A stretch of 64,000 bases of DNA, taken from the NCBI GenBank assembly GCA_963843575.1, contig CAWJKZ010000014.1, positions 64,001 through 128,000 of the forward strand, in the 5' to 3' direction. Positions within the stretch are counted from its first letter, which is position 1, and each line of letters starts with the position of its first letter. This DNA is from an uncultured Acidobacteriota bacterium (GTDB lineage: Bacteria; Acidobacteriota; UBA6911). The notes under the pieces were generated by a model. That model worked only from the letters and a program-made list of their open reading frames with translations. It was not told the origin of the DNA and made no database searches. The position numbers and the translations under genes are program-made. Of this stretch, positions 1-9,732 are shown piece by piece.

Positions 1-34
1 TCAGCCGTGGAACCGTCGGCGGGGAGGTTGCGAA

Positions 35-1396
35 GTGAAAAACCGCCGGCGCAGTGAAACCGTCTGTGTACCCGTGTTGTTCCTGTCCGCCCTCCTGGCT
101 TTCGGGGCCGACCAGCAGCCGCAGGGTCAAAAAGAGAACACTCCCCCCGCCGCGCCGGAGAACAAACCGGAGAAGAAGAAGGAACTGTACGGCAATATGC
201 CCGAGGATCTCGAGCCGTACCGCGATTTCGCCAGGGATCCCTACAAGAAGTACTTTGTCCCGAGCGACAGCGCGATAACGTTCTGGGGACCGGGCCGCGA
301 TAAGCCCGAGCCCGACGTGGAGAAGGTGATGCTGGGCCTGATGGCCCCTGTCGAACGAAGCCACGAAACCTACATAGGGCGTTCGATGCTCAACGCCACC
401 CGCATGGCGCTCGATGAGGCCAACGCCGCGGGAGGGTACAAGGGCAAGCCGTTCGACGTCATCGTCCGGAACGACTCGGGATTGTGGGGCGCCTCGGCCA
501 ACGAGGTCGTCAGCTTCACCTACGACGACCAGGTCTGGGCGATCCTGGGCACCGTCGACGGGGCGAACAGCCACATTGCGATCAGGGTCGCGCTCCGGAC
601 CGACGTCCCCATGGTGAACGTCGCGGACCTCGACCCCAGCTTGATGGAAACGCGCATCCCCTGGGTTTTCCGCGTCATCCCAGACGACCGGCAGATGGCC
701 TATACCATCGCCTACTACGTCTACAAGCAACTCGGGCTTCAGAAAGTCGCCATCCTCCGGGCGAACAACCGGTACGGACGTTTCGGCGTGGCGCAGTTCC
801 GCAAGAGTTCCATCCGGCTGGGCAAACCCGCCCCCATCGAGATCAACTACGAGATCAACTACGAGAAGGTGAACCCGGATTTCACGGCACAGCTCGATCG
901 GCTGGACAAGACGCAGCCGGATGCCGTCGTGCTCTGGGCGGACCCGCAACCCGCGGCGTGGCTCGTGAAGAAGATGCGCGAGGCGGGCATGAAGATGCCG
1001 ATAGTCGCCTGCGAGCGGATCATCAGCCAAAATTTCCTTGCCATCGCGGGCGAGGCGGCCGAGGGGGTGATCGCGACTTCGCCGTTCAACCCCGACGCCG
1101 ACAACCCCAGGCTCGTCGCCTTCCGGACGCGCTACCAGACGAGGTTCGGTGCCCCCCCCGATGCCTACGCGGCACACGCGTACGACGGCACCCAGATGGT
1201 GATCGAAGCGATCCGGAAGGCGGGCCTGAACCGTTACCGCATCCGTGACGCCCTCGCGGCGATGAACCGCTGGGACGGGGTTACGGGCGAGATCGTGATG
1301 GACGACGTGTTCACCAACCGTCGTCCGGTGTGTGTAGCAACGATCAAGGGCGGCCGCTTTGTTTACGGCACCCCGAGTTTCGAACACCTGTTTTGA
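35..1396 (+). CDS. Periplasmic solute-binding protein, Leu/Ile/Val (Peripla_BP_6) family
   Basis: Signal peptide; motifs MALDEANAAGG, DDQVWAILG, PWVFRVIPDD, YAAHAYDG typical of type I periplasmic binding proteins. Confidence 0.85.
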   Translation: MKNRRRSETVCVPVLFLSALLAFGADQQPQGQKENTPPAAPENKPEKKKELYGNMPEDLEPYRDFARDPYKKYFVPSDSAITFWGPGRDKPEPDVEKVMLGLMAPVERSHETYIGRSMLNATRMALDEANAAGGYKGKPFDVIVRNDSGLWGASANEVVSFTYDDQVWAILGTVDGANSHIAIRVALRTDVPMVNVADLDPSLMETRIPWVFRVIPDDRQMAYTIAYYVYKQLGLQKVAILRANNRYGRFGVAQFRKSSIRLGKPAPIEINYEINYEKVNPDFTAQLDRLDKTQPDAVVLWADPQPAAWLVKKMREAGMKMPIVACERIISQNFLAIAGEAAEGVIATSPFNPDADNPRLVAFRTRYQTRFGAPPDAYAAHAYDGTQMVIEAIRKAGLNRYRIRDALAAMNRWDGVTGEIVMDDVFTNRRPVCVATIKGGRFVYGTPSFEHLF

Positions 1397-1409
1397 GTGG
1401 TCCGAGGGT

Positions 1410-2606
1410 ATGTCCTCCGCGTGGGTCGTGTGTTTGCTCCTGATGCTGCAAGGCCCGGCCGGCAGGCCGTTGCCCTACTTCGATTTGGGCGGCGCCGGTG
1501 CCGGGTTCTACGGCAGCGGCCGGGAGGATCCGGATCCGGCGGGCCTCGGCGCCGTCAAGATCGGCGTGCTCGGTCCCGAAAAAAGCGCGGACGGCCGGCA
1601 GCAGCGGGTGGCGGTGCAGTTGGCCATCGACGAGGCGAACCTGGCCGGCGGCTACGCGCGCGGCAACGGCGGCCCCGTTCCTTTCCAAATGGTGTTTCAC
1701 GCGGACGACGGGCCATGGGGCGTGGCCGCATCGAAGGTGGTGGAGTTCGTCTACGAGGATTCGGTCTGGGCGATCATCGGCGCACTCGACGGGCACCGCA
1801 CCCACATGGCCGAGCTCGTGGTCTCCAAGGCGTGGGTCCCCGTGGTCAGCCCGGGGGCCGTCGACTCGTCCGTCGACTACGCCAACGTCCCGTGGGTTTT
1901 CCGTTCGGTGCCCGACGACCGCCGGCAGGCGGACCTGTTGCTGCATTATGCCCGTTCGAAGAGCTGTCGCCGGGTTGTCGTTCTGAGTGAAATCGAACGT
2001 GAGGCATACACCGGTTTTAGGCGTATTATAGAAAGTTCGCGTAGCCAGAGGTACCCGCTGACCCAGCATCTGCAGTACTCGGCCTCGGATCCCGAGGAAA
2101 TCGTGCCGCGGCTGCGGGATGCGGATGCGGATGCCGTGCTGCTCTGGGGAAGGTGCGAGACGGCGCTCCGCGTCATAAAGGCGCTCAGGAGGGCCGGGGT
2201 GCGGTGTCCCGTGCTGGCGCCCACCACCCTCGCCGTCCCGGAGGCTCTGCAAGCTGGGGACGACCTGGGCGAGCTGATTGTGGCCGCGCCCTTTGATCTG
2301 AGCAGGGACGATCCCGCCATGCGCGAGTTCGCCGTGAGGTTCAGGTCCAGGGCGGGGGTGGTGCCCTCGCCCGTCGCCCTGTATTCGTACGACGTTGCGC
2401 GCCTGGTCATCCAGGCAATCCGGCAGGCGGGGCTCAATCGAGCCCGGGTTCGGGACGCCCTGTCGGCTGCCTCGTTTGAGGGTTTGACCGGCAGGATTGA
2501 GTTCAGCTCCCTGGGGGGCAACAAGTCCGCGCCGGTCCTGATGTGCCCGAAGCAGGGGGCGTGGGTTCGGCTCGACCGGCCGGAAGCTGTTGGCGGGGAG
2601 CAGTGA
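1410..2606 (+). CDS. Second Leu/Ile/Val-family solute-binding protein (paralog of the upstream gene)
   Basis: LAIDEANLAGG, DSVWAIIG, PWVFRSVPDD and YSYD motifs; ATG at 1410 after GAGGG, within ORF 1359..2606. Confidence 0.8.
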   Translation: MSSAWVVCLLLMLQGPAGRPLPYFDLGGAGAGFYGSGREDPDPAGLGAVKIGVLGPEKSADGRQQRVAVQLAIDEANLAGGYARGNGGPVPFQMVFHADDGPWGVAASKVVEFVYEDSVWAIIGALDGHRTHMAELVVSKAWVPVVSPGAVDSSVDYANVPWVFRSVPDDRRQADLLLHYARSKSCRRVVVLSEIEREAYTGFRRIIESSRSQRYPLTQHLQYSASDPEEIVPRLRDADADAVLLWGRCETALRVIKALRRAGVRCPVLAPTTLAVPEALQAGDDLGELIVAAPFDLSRDDPAMREFAVRFRSRAGVVPSPVALYSYDVARLVIQAIRQAGLNRARVRDALSAASFEGLTGRIEFSSLGGNKSAPVLMCPKQGAWVRLDRPEAVGGEQ

Positions 2607-2703
2607 AGACGAGCGTTGGGGCTCCGGATCCGCGGTTTTACTCGAACCGTTTTCACAGGCCCTCGGCGGCCGTCGGAGCAATCCACATCCGAGGTAATGA
2701 CTG

Positions 2704-3309
2704 ATGAGAGATTGTGTTGTTGGCATGGAAGACCTGAGGATCGATTTCGAGCGCCTGTCGGAGGGGGCACGAGACGAGATGACGAAGCTCGGGATCCTTT
2801 CCGAGCAAGGGCGAGTGCGCGAATACGTTAGGCCGCCCGTGCAACCCGATCGCCTGCCTGCCATCGACAAGCGGGCCATGCACGCCCCCGACGTCCTCAA
2901 CGAGGCTTTTCACTACGCGAAACCCTCGTCGTTTTCCCGCGGGCTGCGGCTCGACATCGGCGGCGTCACGGTGTTGCTGATCTCGGGCACCGCGAGCGTG
3001 GATGAGGGCGGGAGAACCGTCCACGTTGGGGACTTCGGGGCGCAGTGCTGGAGGACCTATCGGAACATCACCACGCTGCTGGATTCGGAGGGAGCCGGCT
3101 GGCACGACATCGTGCGCACGACCTGTTACCTCAGGGACATCGAGCGCGATTATGATGTTTTCAACCGGATCCGCACGTCATTTTTCAGGTGGCTGGGGCT
3201 GAGCCCCCTGCCCGCGAGTGTCGGGGTTCAGACGCGCCTGTGCCGCGAGGACCTGCTGATCGAGATTGAGGCGGTGGCCGTATTCCACGCGCGGGATGGG
3301 AAGCCTTAG
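2704..3309 (+). CDS. Rid/YjgF-family protein resembling the C-terminal catalytic domain of FkbO/Hyg5/XanB2 chorismatases
   Basis: Motifs PSSFSRG, LLISGTAS, HVGD..AQ...YRNI and C-terminal LCREDLLIEIE. Confidence 0.7.
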   Translation: MRDCVVGMEDLRIDFERLSEGARDEMTKLGILSEQGRVREYVRPPVQPDRLPAIDKRAMHAPDVLNEAFHYAKPSSFSRGLRLDIGGVTVLLISGTASVDEGGRTVHVGDFGAQCWRTYRNITTLLDSEGAGWHDIVRTTCYLRDIERDYDVFNRIRTSFFRWLGLSPLPASVGVQTRLCREDLLIEIEAVAVFHARDGKP

Positions 3310-3321
3310 AGGAGATCGGTT

Positions 3322-4221
3322 ATGAGACGGGAGCCGAGCGTCCCGGAGGCGGATGCGCCTGTCCTCGCCGCCCAGGCGTCGCTCAAACTGGTTGGCCGCC
3401 AGTCCGGGGTCGGCAGGACGCTCGTCGAGATCAACGACGTCCGCGTCGGCGGGAGCCATATCGTCGTCATGGCGGGCCCCTGCGCGGTCGAGAACGAAGA
3501 GCAGTTGATGGAGACCGCGCGCGCGGTAAAGGCGAGCGGAGCGAGCGTCTTGAGGGGGGGCGCGTTCAAGCCGCGTACTTCCCCTTACAGTTTCCAGGGA
3601 CTCAAGGTCGACGGCCTGAGGCTCCTCGCTCAGGCGCGCCTGGAAACCGGCCTGTCGGTGGTCACCGAGATCATGGACCCCAGGCAACTGGACATCACCT
3701 GCAAATACGTCGACGTGTTGCAGGTCGGCTCGCGCAACATGCAGAATTACGCGCTCCTGGAAGAAGTGGGGAAGTACCGGAAGCCCGTGCTGCTCAAGCG
3801 CGGCATGATGGCGACCATCGAAGAGTTGCTGCTCGCCGCCGAGTACGTCATGAAATCGGGCAATATGCAGATCATGCTGTGTGAACGGGGAATCCGGACA
3901 TTCGAGACTACCACCCGCAACACGATGGACCTCAATGCCGTGCCGATGCTCAAGGCGCTCACGCATCTTCCGGTCATTGTAGACCCAAGCCACGGCACGG
4001 GGCACTGGTGGATGGTGCCGTCGCTGGCTAAGGCTGCGGTGGCGGTCGGCGCGGACGGTCTGCTGATCGAAGTCCACGCCGAGCCCTCGCAGGCGCTGAG
4101 CGACGGGATGCAGGCGCTGCGCCCGGACCGATTCGATGACCTTATGAGGGATCTGAGACCCATAGCCGCCGCGGTTGGAGCCGAATTGGCTACTCCTGCC
4201 GCCACGGCCGTGGGGAGTTAG
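3322..4221 (+). CDS. aroF: 3-deoxy-7-phosphoheptulonate (DAHP) synthase, type I-beta, catalytic barrel only
   Basis: [44 protein letters not shown] and DPSHGTG motifs. Confidence 0.93.
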   Translation: MRREPSVPEADAPVLAAQASLKLVGRQSGVGRTLVEINDVRVGGSHIVVMAGPCAVENEEQLMETARAVKASGASVLRGGAFKPRTSPYSFQGLKVDGLRLLAQARLETGLSVVTEIMDPRQLDITCKYVDVLQVGSRNMQNYALLEEVGKYRKPVLLKRGMMATIEELLLAAEYVMKSGNMQIMLCERGIRTFETTTRNTMDLNAVPMLKALTHLPVIVDPSHGTGHWWMVPSLAKAAVAVGADGLLIEVHAEPSQALSDGMQALRPDRFDDLMRDLRPIAAAVGAELATPAATAVGS

Positions 4222-4333
4222 GGACACCGGCGCCGGGACGAAGCCGCCCGATCCCGGTTTGCCTTCAATAAATTGGGGGCGGCGATCTCTTTGTCGCATT
4301 ATTCACGTTCACACGGAGCCGGCAATCGTTAAA

Positions 4334-4362
4334 TTGACTGGCAGGAACGTGGTGTATATAAT
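4334..4362 (+). promoter_or_regulatory. sigma70-type promoter for the FGE-family gene
   Basis: TTGACT (4334-4339), 17-bp spacer, TATAAT (4357-4362). Confidence 0.75.
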
Positions 4363-4412
4363 CGGCGTGCTCGTCGCGACAGAGCTAAACGCTTGGACTT
4401 CTGGGAGATGCC

Positions 4413-5237
4413 ATGTTAAGGAAAGTTCTTTCCGCCCTCGTGGGTGTAATCATCGTGTTTTCCGTGGCCGCCTGCAGCAAGAAAGAGGAACCGGTCGCGG
4501 CTCCCGAAGCGCAGTCGGCGCCTGAGCCGCCGAAGCCTACGGCAGGTGAAATGGTTTTGATCCCGGCAGGCGAATTCACTCTGGGAACCACGGAAAAGGA
4601 CAGCACTGCCTATCCGCAACAGAAGGTCAATCTGCCTGCCTTCTGGATCGACAAGTACGAGGTCACGAACAAGCAGTTCCTCGACTTTGCGATCGAGAAG
4701 AGCTATTCGGGAGAAGGCGCCAAGGAGGGGAAGGACTGGCGCTCGTTCTTCACGCCCGACAAAGCGATGCACCCGGTGCTTTACATCACCTGGAACGATG
4801 CCAAGGCTTACTGCGAGGGACAGGGGAAGCGACTCCCGACCGAGCAGGAGTGGGAAAAGGCAGCCCGCGGCGCCGAGGGTTTTCGCTACCCCTGGGGCAA
4901 TACCTGGGAGACCGGGAAGAGCAATACCTATGAGACCGGGACCCGGCAGACCATGGAGATCGGGTCATCGAACGACGTAAGCCCTTACGGCGTCAACGAC
5001 ATGCTAGGAAACGTCCAGGAGTGGACGGGGAGCTGGTACCAAGCCTACAAAGGGAGCACCCGGAAGGATGAGAACTACGGACAGCGTTTCCGGGTCGTCC
5101 GCGGCGCGTCGAGGATGATTTACGGGGCCCGCGCCCACCTGTGGGATCGGTCGGCGTATCTGCCGAACTCGCTATATGACTTCGGCTGCCGCTGCGCCAA
5201 GGATGCGACGCCCGAGGAGGCTGCCAAAGCCAAGTAA
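4413..5237 (+). CDS. FGE-sulfatase/SUMF1-domain lipoprotein
   Basis: Lipobox VAAC; FWIDKYEVTN, RLPTEQEWEKAARG, DMLGNVQEW, RVVRG and FGCRC motifs; no CxxxxC catalytic pair of true FGE. Confidence 0.85.
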   Translation: MLRKVLSALVGVIIVFSVAACSKKEEPVAAPEAQSAPEPPKPTAGEMVLIPAGEFTLGTTEKDSTAYPQQKVNLPAFWIDKYEVTNKQFLDFAIEKSYSGEGAKEGKDWRSFFTPDKAMHPVLYITWNDAKAYCEGQGKRLPTEQEWEKAARGAEGFRYPWGNTWETGKSNTYETGTRQTMEIGSSNDVSPYGVNDMLGNVQEWTGSWYQAYKGSTRKDENYGQRFRVVRGASRMIYGARAHLWDRSAYLPNSLYDFGCRCAKDATPEEAAKAK

Positions 5238-5265
5238 CACAGCGCGCTGCCGTGATTCGGCAAAG

Positions 5266-5288
5266 GGCGGGGCCGCGCCGGCCCCGCC
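5266..5288. terminator. Hairpin between convergent genes
   Basis: GGCGGGGCC-N5-GGCCCCGCC perfect inverted repeat; no U-tract. Confidence 0.45.
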
Positions 5289-5337
5289 ACGTAATCCATC
5301 AACCGTGGTTGTTCCAAGCAGCGGCGGATCGGCGGCG

Positions 5338-6513
5338 TTACAGCACTCTCAGGATGAAGCACTTCAGGTAGCCCGTTTCGGGCACGCTGGCCAAGACGGG
5401 GTGGTCCTGCGACTGGCCTCTTTTCTCCAGAACCTGAACGTAGCGGTGAGCGTCGCGCGCCGCATCCACCAGCAAGTCCGCAAAATCGTGTTCCGTCAGG
5501 TGATACGAGCAGCTCGAGGTGACCATGATGCCTTCCGGGTTGAGGAGTTTCATCGCCCGGAGGTTGATCTCCTTGTACCCCGATTTCGCGCTCGACACGG
5601 CGGCGCGGTTTTTGGCGAACGCAGGGGGATCGAGGCAGACAGTGTCGAATTTCTCGCCCGTGCGCTCGAGCTCCCTCAGGTAGTCGAAGACGTTTGCCTC
5701 CTGGAACCGGAGATTCGAGTAGCCGTTCAACTGCGCGTTGCGGCGGGCCTGTTCCAGGCTGTCGGGTGAGATGTCGACGGCAAGCACCGACTCGCAGCGC
5801 CGGGCGAAATGAAGGGCGAACGCGCCCGTGTTGCAGAAGCAGTCGAGGGCGCGGCCATGGGCGTGCGCTCCCGCGGCGACGCGGTTGTCGCGCTGGTCGA
5901 GAAAGAACCCCGTCTTCTGGCCCGCGAGCGGATCGATCAGGAACCGGATTCCGTTTTCCACGATCTCGACGTTCCGCACCGCATCCCCCATCAAAATCCC
6001 CCGCTTCTCCTCTAACCCCTCCAGGATTCGCGCCTTCACGTCGTTCCTCTCGACGATGAGGCGCGGGTAAAACAGCTCGTGCAGTTGCTCGACGAGGAGG
6101 GGCTTGAGCGCGTCGGCGCCGCGAGACAGGGTCTGCAGCGCGACGCACTCGGCGTAGCGGTCGACTACGATGGAGGGAAGGAGGTCGGCTTCGCCGAAGA
6201 CCAGCCGGGAGGCGGATTGCGGGCCGAGCGGAGGGCGCCTGGCGACGGCCGACTGCAGCCTGCGCCGGAGCAGCTCCGGAGTCGGTGTCTCGTTTCCGCG
6301 GACCAGGAGTCTCAAGCGGATCTGTGATTGTGCGCTGTGGAGCGCGTAGCCCAGGACGTTGCCGCCATGGTCAAGCACGCGAACGATGGGTGAGGCTGGG
6401 TCGGATGCCTCGCGCACGAGGTCGCCCGCATATACCCACAGATGCCCGTGCCGGAGACGCTGGGCGCCCCGCACCGAGACCTGGACGTCGGATTGAACAT
6501 CAAAAGGACTCAC
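5338..6513 (-). CDS. rlmI: RlmI-like class I SAM-dependent rRNA methyltransferase
   Basis: PUA-like N-terminus GHLWVY; GQKTGFFLDQRDNR, LDPPAFAK and TSSCS motifs. Confidence 0.85.
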   Translation of the reverse strand: MSPFDVQSDVQVSVRGAQRLRHGHLWVYAGDLVREASDPASPIVRVLDHGGNVLGYALHSAQSQIRLRLLVRGNETPTPELLRRRLQSAVARRPPLGPQSASRLVFGEADLLPSIVVDRYAECVALQTLSRGADALKPLLVEQLHELFYPRLIVERNDVKARILEGLEEKRGILMGDAVRNVEIVENGIRFLIDPLAGQKTGFFLDQRDNRVAAGAHAHGRALDCFCNTGAFALHFARRCESVLAVDISPDSLEQARRNAQLNGYSNLRFQEANVFDYLRELERTGEKFDTVCLDPPAFAKNRAAVSSAKSGYKEINLRAMKLLNPEGIMVTSSCSYHLTEHDFADLLVDAARDAHRYVQVLEKRGQSQDHPVLASVPETGYLKCFILRVL

Positions 6514-7814
6514 TGGGCTCCTTCTCGTGCGGGATCGGGAGTTCTGGGGTAGGACCGCCGGACATACTGCAGCGCCTCGCGGCGGGTGCGGAGCGAGTGC
6601 TCCAGCCGGAGATCCTCTACGGCATCGAGGATTTTTTTGAAGAGCGGCCCCGGCGCGTAGCCGAGTTCGATCAGGTCACGGCCCGTAAGCAAGGGCAGGG
6701 CGGGGCAGGGCTCGTACAGCTGTTGGCCGAGGACGCCGAGACAATAACGGTACTCGCCGAGTCCGCTGCCCTGCGACAGACTGGCAACGCGCAGAAGTTC
6801 CAGGTGTTCTCCGATGACGGGTTTGCGGAGGATCCGCTTCAGCGCGCTTTCGCGCATGTTTGAAGCGCCGGCCAAACGCGGCAGCTGCTCTACGAGATCC
6901 GCCACGCGGGCGGTCACGGCATTTGGGAACCGGAGCCGGCGGCAGATTTTCCGCACCGCGCTCTCGCCGGACCCCGCGTGCGGCTCGGGACGTGTGTGGC
7001 CCTCGCGCTTTCCTCCCACCCGGTGCAGCAGCGTCGCGAGCGCCAGCTCCGTCGAGGGCTTCCGAAGCAGGCCGAGCGCGATTCGGGTTGTGGCGAGGAG
7101 GTCGCCGCCGTCGGGGCCAGGCACTCCCACGAGGTGTTCGACCTCGGGCAGGATCTGTGCGAGCAAGCCGCTCTCGTGCAGCAGGTCCAGCCCGCGGGCG
7201 CGGCCGGCTGCGGTCAGGAGTTTGACCATTTCATCTCGGACCCTCTCGGCGCTGACGCTTCTGATGCCGCAGGCCAGGCGGTGCACGGCGCCCCATGTGG
7301 CCGCCTCGATGCGGAAGTCGAGCACGCAGGCGAGGCGGACTGCGCGCAGCATCCGCAGCCTGTCCTCAGCGAAGCGGTCGGCGGGGTCGCCGATGGCCCT
7401 CAGGACCCGTCGACGCAGGTCCGCGCGGCCTTGGACGTAATCGATCACCTTCCGGCCGACGGGGTCGTAGAACAGGCCGTTGACGGTGAAATCGCGCCGA
7501 ATCGCGTCCTGCTCGGCTCCGGTGAAAACCACCGATGACGGGTGCCTCCCGTCGAGGTATGGACCTTCCGAGCGGAACGTGGCCACATCGTAGGTACGGC
7601 CGTAGGCCCGAACCTGGACCACGCCGAACGCGGCCCCGATCGCGGTGGAGTTCGGAAACAGGCGGAGCACTTCGTCCGGGAGCGCGCTGGTGGCGATGTC
7701 GATGTCGGTTGAGGTCCGCCCGAGCAGGCGGTCGCGGACCCACCCGCCGGCGAAATAGGCTACGCAACCGTTCCGGCGCAGTCTCTCCACGATTCGCCGG
7801 GCCGCATTTTCCAT
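6510..7814 (-). CDS. cca: CCA tRNA nucleotidyltransferase (class II)
   Basis: GGWVRDRLLG, DIDIAT, RRDFTVNGL and RFAEDRLRMLRAVR motifs. Confidence 0.88.
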   Translation of the reverse strand: MENAARRIVERLRRNGCVAYFAGGWVRDRLLGRTSTDIDIATSALPDEVLRLFPNSTAIGAAFGVVQVRAYGRTYDVATFRSEGPYLDGRHPSSVVFTGAEQDAIRRDFTVNGLFYDPVGRKVIDYVQGRADLRRRVLRAIGDPADRFAEDRLRMLRAVRLACVLDFRIEAATWGAVHRLACGIRSVSAERVRDEMVKLLTAAGRARGLDLLHESGLLAQILPEVEHLVGVPGPDGGDLLATTRIALGLLRKPSTELALATLLHRVGGKREGHTRPEPHAGSGESAVRKICRRLRFPNAVTARVADLVEQLPRLAGASNMRESALKRILRKPVIGEHLELLRVASLSQGSGLGEYRYCLGVLGQQLYEPCPALPLLTGRDLIELGYAPGPLFKKILDAVEDLRLEHSLRTRREALQYVRRSYPRTPDPAREGAQ

Positions 7815-7858
7815 CGTGCGCCAGAATTCGGAAATGGGAGCCGCGGTGCGGAGGTCGG

Positions 7859-8977
7859 CTAGCCCAGTTTATCGAGGTACTTGTTCCACTCGTCGTCCTT
7901 GAAGAGCTTCCTGCACTGGGCGCGGTACTTCGCGAACGACTTCTTGTCGCCGAGCCGGTAATAACTGAGCGCCATCCGAAAGTAGAATGTACTGTCGTTC
8001 GGGAAGCGCCGGGCGAGATTGAGCGTCTTTTCCCCCTCCACGATGGCCTCGCGGTAACGCCCGAGCTCGTAGTAGTTGTTGGTCAGGTAGCTGCGCACCT
8101 GGGCCTTGTCGGCCGGCTTGCGCGGCTGCCGGCGGAGCGCCTCCAGGGTGACGAGAAGCGATTTTTCGAATCTCTCCAGCCGGAAATAGCAGTCAACGAT
8201 CTTCATGTAGAGCCAGACCAGGTTTTCGCGCCTGCCCGTGATCTGCCTCAATTCCAGCATCTTCTCGTAGATTTCGACGGCGCGCTGGTCGTTGGCCAGC
8301 TGGTGGTAACAGTTGGCCATGCTGAGCTGGATCTCGTCCAGGCGCTCGAATTGGGGGTCGAGCTCGATCACCTTGGAGAAGTGCTTTATGGCCTCGTTGT
8401 ATTGCTTTAGGCTCATGTAGTTGTTGCCCATGCTCTCGTAGAGGTAGGCGAGGCTGGGGTCATTGTCGCTGAGGACTTGGATGGCGCGCTGGGAGTACCT
8501 TATCGCCTCGTCCGGCTTGCCCATCGCCTCGTAGTTCCGGCTCATCCCGGCGTAGAGCATCCACTGGGTGTCTTTTTCCTGGCTGTCGACGTACTGTTCA
8601 CAAATGCGGCGCGCTTCCAGCGACTTGGCGATCTTGCCGTGGTATTCAAAGAGCGATCCCAAATGGAAGTAGACGAAGCCGTACATGTCGGGCATGAACT
8701 CCGGCTGGTCGGGCTCAAAGAGCCGCGCCGATTTCAGCAGCAGCTTCATCGCCTCTCGGTCCTGGCCGGCGTTGTAGGCGCATATGCCCATCTGGCCCGC
8801 AAAATAGGCGCGGCCGTTGGGTTGCGTTTCCAGTTCGAACGCCTGCGCGTAGAATCTGCCTGCCTCCGAGTAACTCCCCTTCTGAAAGAGGCTTTCCGCG
8901 TGCGAGTCCAGCAACGAGATCTTCTCTTCGATCGACTGTGAGGCGTCCAGGCGCCCTTTGAGTTCTTGCGCATCCAT
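7859..8977 (-). CDS. Tetratricopeptide repeat protein
   Basis: Multiple TPR helices (e.g. YESMGNNYMSLKQYNEAIKHFSKVIELDP). Confidence 0.85.
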   Translation of the reverse strand: MDAQELKGRLDASQSIEEKISLLDSHAESLFQKGSYSEAGRFYAQAFELETQPNGRAYFAGQMGICAYNAGQDREAMKLLLKSARLFEPDQPEFMPDMYGFVYFHLGSLFEYHGKIAKSLEARRICEQYVDSQEKDTQWMLYAGMSRNYEAMGKPDEAIRYSQRAIQVLSDNDPSLAYLYESMGNNYMSLKQYNEAIKHFSKVIELDPQFERLDEIQLSMANCYHQLANDQRAVEIYEKMLELRQITGRRENLVWLYMKIVDCYFRLERFEKSLLVTLEALRRQPRKPADKAQVRSYLTNNYYELGRYREAIVEGEKTLNLARRFPNDSTFYFRMALSYYRLGDKKSFAKYRAQCRKLFKDDEWNKYLDKLG

Positions 8978-9082
8978 GATTGGCGGCTACCTCGGCGTGA
9001 GAGTGGTAAACGAACAGGTATACTAGCACAACTTCCCGGACGACCGGCAACGTCGCTGGCACATCCGGGCGGTCCCGCGGGG

Positions 9083-9709
9083 TCACTGGTGGGCCACGAT
9101 CCGGCCCGGGAACACGTCCACTGTCTTGATGCGATAAGGCATCTGGGAAGGCTGCATGGGGTCGAACGGGGGCTTCTGGCGACTGCCCACGGCGCTGATG
9201 ATCTCTTCGACGAGGAAGTTGGGCAGCGTGGTGTCGTCGAACCGAGCCTCCTCGAGTACAAAACTCCCCTTGCCCGCCTCGGTTCGGAGTTTTCCTCTCA
9301 TGGTGAGGGTGTGGGTGCCCGATAGGAGCCGGGCGAACAGGCGCGCCAGACCCTTGGCGTTCATGCCGAGCTTGTCGAAATCGACCAGCGCCACGCCCTG
9401 GATGCGGGACTCCTCGAAGCTCATCAGCAGGCTCTTGAGGCTCGGGTGATATTTTGGGCTCAGTTCCAGCGCGAGGTAGGAGTTCACCTCGTTTTCGGTG
9501 AACTCCGTATCCTGTTTTTTCTTCGGGGTCGAGGCCGCGGCGAAATCCTCGAGGCGCTTGACCTTGGTGGCGCAACCTTCGGCTGCGGCTCTCGATATGG
9601 CTGGGGAGGGCGGCGGGACCGGCGTCTGCTCCGGCAGAAGAGGGACCGAAAACAGTAGAACCAGCAGCACCGCGCCGGCACACGACCCGCCTCGGAAACG
9701 CGGCTTCAC
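9083..9709 (-). CDS. Hypothetical exported protein
   Basis: GTG start after GGAGGGGG; hydrophobic N-terminus; lies in the lepB-TPR-cca operon. Confidence 0.65.
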   Translation of the reverse strand: MKPRFRGGSCAGAVLLVLLFSVPLLPEQTPVPPPSPAISRAAAEGCATKVKRLEDFAAASTPKKKQDTEFTENEVNSYLALELSPKYHPSLKSLLMSFEESRIQGVALVDFDKLGMNAKGLARLFARLLSGTHTLTMRGKLRTEAGKGSFVLEEARFDDTTLPNFLVEEIISAVGSRQKPPFDPMQPSQMPYRIKTVDVFPGRIVAHQ

Positions 9710-9732
9710 GTGACTCCCCCTCCGGACGCAGG

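Noticed and set aside
838-866. 12-bp tandem duplication (EINYEINYE) in the binding protein
   Set aside because: In-frame two-copy micro-duplication; no sign of phase variation
4413-5237. FGE-domain gene as a possible diversity-generating retroelement target
   Set aside because: No template repeat and no reverse transcriptase seen in the window
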